Assembly: GCA_040902005.1 (NCBI GenBank)
Contig: JBBDYA010000135.1
Span: forward strand, 1-56,236
Length of the DNA: 56,236 nt
Direction of reading: 5' to 3'
Source of the DNA: Gemmatimonadaceae bacterium
Lineage (GTDB): Bacteria > Gemmatimonadota > Gemmatimonadetes > Gemmatimonadales > Gemmatimonadaceae
Position numbers and translations under genes: made by a program. The notes beneath the pieces were generated by a model. The model saw nothing but the letters and a program-made list of their open reading frames with translations. It ran no database searches and was not told where the DNA came from. Positions 47,968 through 56,155 of the stretch are shown one piece after another. Numbering within the stretch: the first letter of the stretch is position 1; the number at the start of each line of letters is the position of its first letter.

Positions 47968-48654
47968 ATGCGTCTGCGACTGCTGGTTCTCGCCACTCTG
48001 GTGTCCGCGTGCGCTCGCGGTGGGCAGCCCGCGGCCGAGCCGCCGGCCCCGGCGCCTGAGTCCGCGCCTCGAGTGCCGCCGTCGGCGGCGCCCGCGCCGG
48101 CCACGCCCGCGCGCGATCCGGTGCGTCCGGCCTTCGAGATTGGCATCTGGCCCGGCGAGGGCATTCCCGTGTTCGAGTCGCGCGGAGTCCAGCTCACGCT
48201 GCGGGAGCAGCCGTACCCGGACGCCAGGGTGTCTGCCCTGGTGCGAATTCCCGCGGGCGAGCGCATCACCTACGACGCCAGCCGGTATCAGACGATCGCT
48301 CCCGTCACCGTGCACGTGCTGGCCCCGACCACGCTGGACGGCAGGCGCCTGGGCGCCATCCGGCTGCTCACACCCGAGCAGTACTACTCGGACAACTATC
48401 CGTCGTCCGTGACCACGTTCGTGCAGGGCGCGCGCTTCGAGTTGCTCCAGCACCGCGCCGAGGGCACCTGTTTTGTGCGGGTCAGCGGGCAGGTGATCGA
48501 CGCCGAGTCCTGTCCCACGTTCGACGATCAGGCGTTCCGCGTGTCGGGCGAACCCGATACGCGCTGGTGGATTCACATTCCCGGGGCCCCCAACGCGTCC
48601 GGCTGGCTGCTGGTGACCGACACCGCCGTGAAGCAGCTCGACCGGACGTTCTAA
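47968..48654 (+). CDS. Hypothetical lipoprotein
   Basis: MRLRLLVLATLVSAC lipobox, Pro/Ala linker, WPGEG motif, C-terminal WW..GW. Confidence 0.7.
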   Translation: MRLRLLVLATLVSACARGGQPAAEPPAPAPESAPRVPPSAAPAPATPARDPVRPAFEIGIWPGEGIPVFESRGVQLTLREQPYPDARVSALVRIPAGERITYDASRYQTIAPVTVHVLAPTTLDGRRLGAIRLLTPEQYYSDNYPSSVTTFVQGARFELLQHRAEGTCFVRVSGQVIDAESCPTFDDQAFRVSGEPDTRWWIHIPGAPNASGWLLVTDTAVKQLDRTF

Positions 48655-48718
48655 CGGGCGACGCAGGCGTTATCCTTAAGCAGCTGGTGTTCACGTCGAA
48701 TCGCATCGAGGACCGTTC

Positions 48719-48883
48719 ATGAAGAAGAAATCGCCACGCGGCATACCGGATTTCTCGTCCAAGGGACCGAAGTCCAGGCCGCCCGTCCAGCTGAATCAGG
48801 ACAAGGGTGCGCGTCCCAACTACTCCGCGCCGAAGATCAAGCCGCCGGCGACGTCGTCCAAGTCGGGACGCCGCGGGGGCTAG
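48719..48883 (+). CDS. Small basic protein, 54 aa (below the ORF-track cutoff)
   Basis: GAGGA RBS; MKKKSPRGIPDFSSKGPKSRPPVQLNQDKGARPNYSAPKIKPPATSSKSGRRGG. Confidence 0.6.
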   Translation: MKKKSPRGIPDFSSKGPKSRPPVQLNQDKGARPNYSAPKIKPPATSSKSGRRGG

Positions 48884-48916
48884 TATCGTCGCTGTACCAC
48901 TCCAATCATGGGACCC

Positions 48917-49138
48917 ATGCGTACTTGCCATTGGATCGTCGCAACGCTCGTCGTATCGGTCGTCGGGTGCTCCGGATCGGACACCCCGCGGGCCGCGGAA
49001 ACGAAGACGCAGGCCCAGCGCGACAGCGCGGTGGGGCAGTCCGGACTCCCGGGCTCCAAGGGCGTGATGGGCGCGCTGGGCGCTGCGGACTCGGCGCGCG
49101 CGCGCGCCGCGCGGATGGATTCGATCGCCAATCCATAG
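48917..49138 (+). CDS. Small lipoprotein
   Basis: VVSVVGC lipobox; QRDSAVGQSGLPGSKGV. Start 48908 or 48917. Confidence 0.65.
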   Translation: MRTCHWIVATLVVSVVGCSGSDTPRAAETKTQAQRDSAVGQSGLPGSKGVMGALGAADSARARAARMDSIANP

Positions 49139-49208
49139 CAGCCCGGCCAGCGCTTCGTGTGACTTCGCGCCCGCGCGCGGAGTTGGATGAGGAGCAGAGG
49201 TTTTCCTC

Positions 49209-49655
49209 ATGAGATTCCACATGCGCTGCGTTGCCGCTGTCATACTGGCGACCGTTCTGTTGTCGGCCGGAGGCGACGTTCGCGCCCAGGAGCCCGACGA
49301 CCCCCGCGTCCGCAGGTACGAGATCGCCTCGGCGGTGTCCATCACCGCCTCACTTGCCACCGGCGTGTGGAGCGTGCGGTCGCACAGCGTGCCGGCCATC
49401 AGTGTCGCGGCGGCGTCCGCCGCGGTGGGCTACGGCTTGTTCCTCACCAGCATGCTGTCGGAATCGGTCTCGTCTGGCGTGGGGGTGGCCAACCTGGTTG
49501 GCGGCGTGGCCGCGGGCTATATGTCGTTCGTGGGCTTCAATCGGCATGCGCGGGAGAAAGCGGCCCTTCGGCGCGAGCAGGCGGAGCGGCTGAGTGTCGT
49601 GCCTGTGGTGTCGTCCGCGCGTGGCGGGGGGCTCGTGGTCGTGTACCGCTTCTGA
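49209..49655 (+). CDS. Hypothetical secreted/membrane protein
   Basis: Signal peptide, hydrophobic segments, C-terminal GLVVVYRF. Confidence 0.6.
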   Translation: MRFHMRCVAAVILATVLLSAGGDVRAQEPDDPRVRRYEIASAVSITASLATGVWSVRSHSVPAISVAAASAAVGYGLFLTSMLSESVSSGVGVANLVGGVAAGYMSFVGFNRHAREKAALRREQAERLSVVPVVSSARGGGLVVVYRF

Positions 49656-49657
49656 AC

Positions 49658-49720
49658 AACGCGGATGAAACGCGGATGAACGCGGATGAACGCGGATGAA
49701 CGCGGATGAACGCGGATGAC
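49658..49720 (+). repeat. (AACGCGGATG)6 tandem array
   Basis: Read directly; begins 2 nt after a stop codon. Confidence 0.95.
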
Positions 49721-49721
49721 G

Positions 49722-49750
49722 TTGCGGCCGCTCGCACGGAATGGTAATCT
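49722..49750 (+). promoter_or_regulatory. Sigma-70 promoter for the ankyrin gene leader
   Basis: TTGCGG-N17-TAATCT with an extended TGn -10. Confidence 0.6.
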
Positions 49751-49767
49751 CCACGCGAGCGCGAGGG

Positions 49768-49860
49768 GCGCCACCAGTCCGCGGAAAGGGCCGTGCCCAC
49801 CCACAGCAGTCATGACATCGCGAACCTTCTTTCAGCCCGATCGGTGCGGACTCCGGGCGC
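49768..49860 (+). ncRNA. Putative structured cis-regulatory RNA in the 5' leader of the ankyrin gene
   Basis: GCGCC(49768-72)/GGCGC(49856-60) and AGTCCGC(49776-82)/GCGGACT(49846-52) enclose a GGGC-CGT-GCCC hairpin. Ends 7 nt before the GAGGAG RBS. Confidence 0.5.
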
Positions 49861-49879
49861 GTCATGAGAGGAGATTCGT

Positions 49880-51157
49880 ATGTATCCCAATGCGCAGGAT
49901 GCCCTGCCGCTCCCGCCGCGCGCGAACCTGGAGTGGTACCGGAAGCAGGCGAAGGACCTGCTGAAGGCAGCCAGGGCCGATGATCCCCAGGCGGTTCACG
50001 ATTGGACCGCGCGACTGATTGGCGCCATCGCGGAGGCCGTCGCCGAGCAGCCATCGCAGCGTGAGCGCGACCGCCGCGCCGGGCAGATCGAGGAATTCGT
50101 GCGCGCGCGACTCGCCTCTACAACGAGCGCGCTTTCGGACGCGCAGTTCGTGGTGGCGCGCACGCTGGGATTTGCCAGTTGGCCCCGGCTTGTCCGGCAC
50201 GCGGAGGCGATGGTCAAGGCGTCGCCGGTGTCCGCGTTCGAGGCAGCCGCCGACGCAATCGTGAGCGGCGATCTCGATACGCTCACCCGACTGTTGCGGG
50301 AGCACCCCGCACTCGCGCGGGCCCGCAGCACGCGCGAGCACCACGCCACGCTGCTGCACTACGTGTCCGCGAATGGCGTGGAGGACTTCCGCCAGCGCAC
50401 GCCGAAGAACGCGCCGGAGATCGCGCGCACGCTCCTGAACGCGGGCGCTGAAGTGGACGCGCATGCTGACGTCTATGGCGGCGGCGCGACCACCCTCGGC
50501 CTTGTCGCCACGAGCATCCATCCGGAACAGGCCGGTGTGCAGCTCCAGCTACTGGACATCCTCCTGGACCACGGCGCCCGGATGGAAGAGCGCAGCCCGG
50601 CGGGCAACGATCACGGCATCGTGGAGGGCTGTCTCGCCAACGGGCAACCGGCGGCGGCCGCCTATCTGGCGAGCAAAGGCGCCGCGCTGAACCTGGAAGG
50701 CGCGGCCGGCATCGGCCGGCTGGACGCCGTGCAGCGCTTTGTGGATGAAGACGGCACCCTGCGCCACGCCACGCCGCAGCAGCTGCACAGAGGGTTCGCG
50801 CTCGCCTGCGGCTACGGCCACCCCGACGTGGTGACGTACCTTCTGGCCGCCGGGGTGAGGCCCGATGAGCGGCTGCGATTGTATGGCAATGGGCACACCG
50901 GACTGCATCTGGCCGCGTACCACGCGCACGTGGAGATCGCGCGCGAGCTGCTGCGTCGCGGGGCCTCGGTGAGCGTGACGGACGAGACGTGGGGCACTAC
51001 GCCGCTGGCCTGGGCGCTGCACGGGTGGAGCGAGGACCGCACCGCGCCCGCGGACCGCTATCGCGAGGTGGTGCGTCTGCTCGTTGGTGCCGGGGCCGAA
51101 GTGACGCCGGAAGTGACGCGGATACTTACGCGGATGAACGCGGATGAACGCGGATGA
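49880..51157 (+). CDS. Ankyrin-repeat protein with N-terminal helical domain
   Basis: N-terminal LPPRANLEWYRKQAKDLL and LSDAQFVVARTLGFASW. Ankyrin motifs TLLHYVS, LLNAGAEVDA, GHTGLHLAA, GTTPLAWA. The stop lies inside the repeat array. Confidence 0.88.
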   Translation: MYPNAQDALPLPPRANLEWYRKQAKDLLKAARADDPQAVHDWTARLIGAIAEAVAEQPSQRERDRRAGQIEEFVRARLASTTSALSDAQFVVARTLGFASWPRLVRHAEAMVKASPVSAFEAAADAIVSGDLDTLTRLLREHPALARARSTREHHATLLHYVSANGVEDFRQRTPKNAPEIARTLLNAGAEVDAHADVYGGGATTLGLVATSIHPEQAGVQLQLLDILLDHGARMEERSPAGNDHGIVEGCLANGQPAAAAYLASKGAALNLEGAAGIGRLDAVQRFVDEDGTLRHATPQQLHRGFALACGYGHPDVVTYLLAAGVRPDERLRLYGNGHTGLHLAAYHAHVEIARELLRRGASVSVTDETWGTTPLAWALHGWSEDRTAPADRYREVVRLLVGAGAEVTPEVTRILTRMNADERG

Positions 51158-51236
51158 ACGCGGATGCACGCGGATGCACGCGAAACACGCGGATGAACGC
51201 GGATTACGCGGATTACGCGGATGACGCGGATGACGC
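51115..51236 (+). repeat. ACGCGGAT-core tandem array (about 11 cores)
   Basis: AACGCGGATG, CACGCGGATG and ACGCGGATT units, overlapping the ankyrin 3' end. Confidence 0.95.
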
Positions 51237-51238
51237 CG

Positions 51239-51817
51239 TCAGCGCCAGGGATTCAGATGGAATCCACGGGAGTAGAACACGTTCAGCGCGGTCATCGCCG
51301 AGGGCGCGAGCATCACGCCGGGCAACATCTCCGCCTGCCGGAACCCGCGAATCGCAGCGGTCTGGCCGCAGACGACGATCTGCGCCCCCGCCGCGAGGAG
51401 TTCCTGCACCATCTGCTTGCTCGGATTCGTGCGCCCGGGATACCGCTGCGCGAACGCGTCATCGGTGAGCAACGCGATCCATCCGGTGCCGTGCACCACC
51501 GCGGCCGCGTGCAACCGCTCGAGGGGAACGCCGTTCCGCGCATGCAGATTGTAGAACCGCGCGATGGTCTCCAGTTGTGCGCTCCGGGCGTTGTCGCTCC
51601 CGACGTTGATCTCCCACACCACCCGGTATTCGTGATCGGCAGGCGCGGTGAAGGTCGGTGATTCAACAAGCGCGGACATCCCCGCGCTCTGGATAATTGG
51701 TCCGCTGGGGGTGATATCGGCGCGCGCCGGAGTCTGGGCGGTGGCGGCGGCCCCGAGGAGCGCGAGCGCGAACACGCTGCGCGCGGAATGGCGGACAAGG
51801 TCTCGAACGCAGTGCAC
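51239..51817 (-). CDS. DsrE-family protein with signal peptide
   Basis: ALALLGAAATAQ signal, ARFYNLH, VVHG, NPS, VVCGQT. GTG start after GGAG. Confidence 0.75.
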   Translation of the reverse strand: MHCVRDLVRHSARSVFALALLGAAATAQTPARADITPSGPIIQSAGMSALVESPTFTAPADHEYRVVWEINVGSDNARSAQLETIARFYNLHARNGVPLERLHAAAVVHGTGWIALLTDDAFAQRYPGRTNPSKQMVQELLAAGAQIVVCGQTAAIRGFRQAEMLPGVMLAPSAMTALNVFYSRGFHLNPWR

Positions 51818-51942
51818 GGTGACGCTCCGGATGGTGATGGAAGTGGAGGCGAGAAGAAGTGGTCTGAACCAGGCTTCGTCTAAACGTTGCATCACGTCTC
51901 GCCGAAGTCGAGCGCCTCAGCCGACCGGCGCTCCGGGCGTGT

Positions 51943-52212
51943 CTACAACGCGAACTCGAGCGAGACGCGCACCCGGTCGCCATCCCCCTTCACGCCACGC
52001 GCGCCCTTCGGAACAGGCAGGAGCACGCGTCCCGATTTCTCGCGCCAGACCGACGTCTTCCAGCGGTGGCCATCCACCGTCGCGATCACCGGAATGCGTC
52101 CCCACGCGAGCGCCTTTGACGGCGCGTGACGTGGTCGGACGGTGGCAAAGGTCCACCCGCCCTTGCCGGGAATGCGCCAGAGGAGGGTGGAGAAGCGCGT
52201 CGTTGTCGCCAT
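51943..52212 (-). CDS. DUF1905-domain protein
   Basis: GKGGWTF, WGRIPVIATVDG..WKTSVW, LLPVPK, GDRVRV. Confidence 0.8.
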   Translation of the reverse strand: MATTTRFSTLLWRIPGKGGWTFATVRPRHAPSKALAWGRIPVIATVDGHRWKTSVWREKSGRVLLPVPKGARGVKGDGDRVRVSLEFAL

Positions 52213-52446
52213 CGGCGTCAATCAATACGTGCGGACGCGCCGGCCGCCAGTCATGGCCTGATGACCTGCTGCCGGGTGCCCGCCCGGAGCGTCAGACTCG
52301 TCGTCGCGGGCCGCGCCCTCGGTGCCGCGTGGCAACCGGGTTTCGCTTGAGCCGCGATCCGGGCATGCGGGGCAGCCGCAACGGCAGGGCCATGGTCGCA
52401 ATGGATTGATGACGGGGGCGACTGCCGGTACCCTTATGATCATGCC

Positions 52447-52752
52447 ATGCCCGTCCCGTCCCACGTTGCTCGCAAGCTGCGCGAGGTGCTCGGCGCCGAC
52501 GCTGCGGAGGATCTCGTGAACTGGATGGACGAGACGACCGCCGCGCGGGCCGACGTCGCGGAGCTGCGCCACGAGATGCAGGTCGGGTTCGCGCGCATCG
52601 AAGCGAACCTTGCGGCGCAGACCGAGCGTTTGCGCGGCGACCTCGTCGCTCAGATCGAGCGGAGCAAGGCCGACCTCATGAAGTGGTCGTTTGTCTTCTG
52701 GTGCGGTGCGGTGGCCGCCATCGCGGCGCTCGCGGGCGTGCTCCGCGGGTAA
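52447..52752 (+). CDS. DUF1640/CCDC90-like membrane-anchored coiled-coil protein, copy 1
   Basis: LREVLGADAAEDLV head, coiled stalk, KADLMKW followed by a C-terminal TM. Confidence 0.75.
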   Translation: MPVPSHVARKLREVLGADAAEDLVNWMDETTAARADVAELRHEMQVGFARIEANLAAQTERLRGDLVAQIERSKADLMKWSFVFWCGAVAAIAALAGVLRG

Positions 52753-52929
52753 CGCGCGGGCCGCAACGGCCGCGAACAGCCCGCCGGCGATGAGCCAGGC
52801 CACCTCCTTAATATACGCACAGCGGGAGGCGAGCCGACGAGAAGGTTTCGCTTGAGCCGCGATTCGGCAATGCTATCCGACCGCAGGAAATCGGCTTTGC
52901 TGCGCATCTGGGAATGTCGCGATAGATCG

Positions 52930-53649
52930 TTACTTCGGGCTGCCTCCTCCGGCCGGGCCGTTTTCATACCAATCATCCAGCTTGCGGGCCGCCAGGTCAC
53001 GCCCGCCGAGTCCGAAGGCCAGTCCGGCGGCCAGCGCCAGGGCTGCGACTGCCCCCGTGAACATCGTGTTGACCAGCATCTCGCCGATGCCCACCTGATT
53101 CACGGCGATGATGACGGCAAAAATCCACACGGCCGTCTTGGCGACGTTGGCGAGCGTGTCCGGATTCCTGAAGCCGGCCTCGGAAGTGGTCCCCCTCACG
53201 AGGTCACCCAGCGCCTGCGCGCCGATGCCGGCGAGCACGAGAACCGCGATGGCGACCACGAGGTTGGGCAGCCAGATCAGGAACTGGCGGAGCACGTCTG
53301 AAATTGCCGGCAACCCGAGCGCGTCAAACGCCACGAGCAGCACGATGAAGCGAATGACCCATTTTACCGCGCCGGCGACCAGGGCTGACGCATCCAGTCC
53401 GGCGCGCATGCGGCCCAGAAACCCGCCCACGCCGATGCGGGCCATGCCCTCGTTGAACTTGATCGTCCGCAATACGGTGCCAACGCCGCGCGCCAATAGC
53501 GCCGAGACGATCCAGCCGACCAGCAATATCAGGAAGAACGCGAGCAATCGCGGCAACCATGCCAGCGTCGCGCCAAGGGCCTGACCGAACGAGGTCTTGA
53601 TCGACTCTCCGATCGGGGTAGCGTTGGGGACCAAGGGTTGTTGAAGCAT
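52930..53649 (-). CDS. CmpX-like conserved TM-helix repeat protein (MscS-related)
   Basis: WLPRLL/WLPNLVVA repeats, ALAAGLAFGLGGRDLA. GAGG RBS before ATG 53649. Confidence 0.8.
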   Translation of the reverse strand: MLQQPLVPNATPIGESIKTSFGQALGATLAWLPRLLAFFLILLVGWIVSALLARGVGTVLRTIKFNEGMARIGVGGFLGRMRAGLDASALVAGAVKWVIRFIVLLVAFDALGLPAISDVLRQFLIWLPNLVVAIAVLVLAGIGAQALGDLVRGTTSEAGFRNPDTLANVAKTAVWIFAVIIAVNQVGIGEMLVNTMFTGAVAALALAAGLAFGLGGRDLAARKLDDWYENGPAGGGSPK

Positions 53650-53866
53650 TGGTACCTCGCGTGTGAGGGTGGGACAGCCCGAGTAGTGCAGCAACGGTGG
53701 CCCACCGGGGGCCGGTCGTCCACCCCTGGTTCGATATCTCGTGAGGCGACAGCGATCACCCTTCGAATCCCAGCAGCGCGGAACGACGATTCTTCACGTC
53801 GTCATCTGGTCATGGTCGCAATGGATTGATGACGGGGGCGTCTGCCGGTACCCTTATGATCATGCC

Positions 53867-54205
53867 ATGCCCGTCCCGTCCCACGTTGCTCGCAGGCTGC
53901 GCGAGGTGCTTGGCGCCGACGCTGCGGAGGATCTCGTGAACTGGATGGACGAGACGACCGCCGTGCGGGCGGACGTTGCGGAGCTGCGGCACGAGATGCA
54001 GGTGGGGTTCGCGCGCCTCGAAGCGAACTTCGGTGCGCAGGGCGAGCGCACGAGGGCGGACCTTGCCACGCAGATCGAGCGAGTCCGGGGGGATCTCACT
54101 GCGCAGATCGAGCGGAGCAAGGCCGACCTCATGAAGTGGTCGTTTGTCTTCTGGTGCGGAGCAGTCGCTGCCATCGCGGCGCTCGCCGGCGTGTTCCGCG
54201 GCTGA
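53867..54205 (+). CDS. DUF1640/CCDC90-like coiled-coil protein, copy 2
   Basis: Near-identical to copy 1 with one extra 11-aa repeat. Confidence 0.75.
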   Translation: MPVPSHVARRLREVLGADAAEDLVNWMDETTAVRADVAELRHEMQVGFARLEANFGAQGERTRADLATQIERVRGDLTAQIERSKADLMKWSFVFWCGAVAAIAALAGVFRG

Positions 54206-54247
54206 CGGGCGCCGCCGCAACCGACCGAAGCGCTGTCGATTCCATTC

Positions 54248-54739
54248 CTACTGAAGCGACACTGCCATCATCTCAGTATCGTCGTAAACGCCATCGAGCT
54301 TGCGAGCGCCGCGTTTGGTTCCCTCATGTGTGAATCCCAGCTTCTCATAGAGGGCGATCGCCGGCCCGTTCGACCGGAAGACCTCCAGTTCGACCCGCTC
54401 GAGTCCTGCAGCGCGGCTTCGCTCGAGCGCGGCCGTCACCAATCGTTCGCCTATTCCGCGACGGCGATGGCTTGATGCCACTCCCATCCCAAGCGCGCCC
54501 ACATGCGTGAAGCCCTCCAGATCCCTCGCGAGGACGTCACACCAGCCAACCACGGCATCGCCATCGAGAGCCAGGAATTGAATTGCGCCGCGACTGACGA
54601 TTGCCCGAATGAACTCCCGCAACGCACCCACCGGAGGCGCTTCAAGGAACGCGAGGAATCGCCTTTCGCGAGCGACGGCGTCGAGGCAGCGATGGAAGCT
54701 GTCGACGTACAACTCACTCGTCGGAAGGACGGTGATCAC
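54248..54739 (-). CDS. GNAT acetyltransferase
   Basis: VVGWCD, LGMGV..RRRGIG, LEVFRSNGPAIALYEKLGF. Confidence 0.9.
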   Translation of the reverse strand: MITVLPTSELYVDSFHRCLDAVARERRFLAFLEAPPVGALREFIRAIVSRGAIQFLALDGDAVVGWCDVLARDLEGFTHVGALGMGVASSHRRRGIGERLVTAALERSRAAGLERVELEVFRSNGPAIALYEKLGFTHEGTKRGARKLDGVYDDTEMMAVSLQ

Positions 54740-54827
54740 GGAGACACGTTAAGCATGGACTGACAGGGTGGTTGCCAGCGCCCGACCGATGCCTGATGAC
54801 TCTCCGATGATCACGGCGCTCGCCGGA

Positions 54828-55091
54828 CTAGCCACGCTCCTCGGGATCAGAAAGGAACCACTCGATGCGTCCGCACGTGGTGCACGTGAGCGTGGCCGCT
54901 GAGCGATTCATCCAGTCAATGTTGAAGAAAGACATTCCTGCGGTGTTGAGCTGCGCTCGTCCCTCGACGAACAGGTTGCCCGAGCAGTGCGCGCAAGTCA
55001 CTGCCTTGCCGGCCACCGAGTACGGTTCGCCGGTTGGCTCCTCGCCCATCGATTGCACGCCACGTTTCACCGCGTTGAAAAACTTGCTCAT
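54828..55091 (-). CDS. Small zinc-ribbon protein
   Basis: CAHC...LNTAGMSFF.DW...CTTCGRIEWF. Confidence 0.75.
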   Translation of the reverse strand: MSKFFNAVKRGVQSMGEEPTGEPYSVAGKAVTCAHCSGNLFVEGRAQLNTAGMSFFNIDWMNRSAATLTCTTCGRIEWFLSDPEERG

Positions 55092-55135
55092 TGAACGAAG
55101 ATGGAGCCGTGGCCGCACCCCCGCCAGCCCGGCCG

Positions 55136-55705
55136 TCAGTACGAGGCATCACTCGGCGCGGAATCCTTCCCCATGACCTCTCGCAGGCGGTTCAGCCCAT
55201 ACGCAAGTCGTGACTTCACGGTACCAATCGGAATCTCCAATGCCTCCGCGATCTCCTGCTGAGACAGCGCGTCGAGGAAGCGAAGGCGAACCACCACCTG
55301 CGCCTTCGGGGGAAGCAGGTCGAGCTGCTCGAGGAGGTGACCTCCGATCGTCACATCCGGTTCGTCCAGAGGCTCGGAGCGCGGCACCTCCGCCGCGGCA
55401 TCGTCCAACGGCTCCGTGTGCCGCCGTCGAGACCGCCGAAGCGAGCGAAGTGCTTCGCGGGAGGCGATGCGATAGGACCACGCGCGCACCCAGGCCACGT
55501 CCTGCAGGGTGCCGAGCCGTCGAGCGATGAGCCAGAGCACTTCCTGAAGGACGTCATCGGCGTCGTCGTCGGCGGCGCGCATGAGGAAACGAATGTGCGC
55601 CTTGAGTACCGGACAGAGCGCCCGGAGGAGCGCCTCGAGCGCGTCCCGATCGCCGAGCTGCGCCCGAGCCGCGAGTACGGGCAGCGAAGGCGGCTCCGGG
55701 CGCAT
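55136..55705 (-). CDS. ECF RNA polymerase sigma factor
   Basis: GDRDALEAL, ADDVLQE, AWSYRIA, EIAEALEIPIGTVKSRL. Confidence 0.88.
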   Translation of the reverse strand: MRPEPPSLPVLAARAQLGDRDALEALLRALCPVLKAHIRFLMRAADDDADDVLQEVLWLIARRLGTLQDVAWVRAWSYRIASREALRSLRRSRRRHTEPLDDAAAEVPRSEPLDEPDVTIGGHLLEQLDLLPPKAQVVVRLRFLDALSQQEIAEALEIPIGTVKSRLAYGLNRLREVMGKDSAPSDASY

Positions 55706-55708
55706 CCT

Positions 55709-55990
55709 TCAGCCGCGCGCGTCGAGCGCAGCCACGACGCGGGCACCAACACGGGACACATGTGCGCCCAGCGCGAGCAGCCCAAGCGCGACGACGGTAT
55801 AGGTCAGCACCGAGAAGAGGAAGAGCAGGACGTGCACACTGTTGCCCCAGTCCACCAACGCGAGGCTGAGCACGAGCAGCAGGCCCTCAACCATCGCAGC
55901 GCCAATCACGGCGAGGCGCACACTGCGCGAGTGCTGTTCGACGCGATCCAGTACGCTGGCGACAGGGTCAGGCAGACGGTGAGCAGGCAT
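55709..55990 (-). CDS. Small two-TM membrane protein
   Basis: AGGAG RBS; two hydrophobic helices; ends 3 bp before the ECF gene. Confidence 0.75.
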   Translation of the reverse strand: MPAHRLPDPVASVLDRVEQHSRSVRLAVIGAAMVEGLLLVLSLALVDWGNSVHVLLFLFSVLTYTVVALGLLALGAHVSRVGARVVAALDARG

Positions 55991-56032
55991 GGTGTGGAGT
56001 TCTCCTGGCAGTAGGAAGGATCAACTCGGCGC

Positions 56033-56155
56033 TCAGAAACGCCAGAGCAGGAAGGCGATGCCGACGGCCTCCACGATCGCGAAGGTCCATACGGCGAACG
56101 CGACAAGCCGGTCAGACTTCGTGGTGGAGCGAGCTGGGGGAACCGGAAGCGTCAT
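56033..56155 (-). CDS. 40-aa single-TM peptide (below the ORF-track cutoff)
   Basis: GAGG RBS; MTLPVPPARSTTKSDRLVAFAVWTFAIVEAVGIAFLLWRF. Confidence 0.5.
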   Translation of the reverse strand: MTLPVPPARSTTKSDRLVAFAVWTFAIVEAVGIAFLLWRF

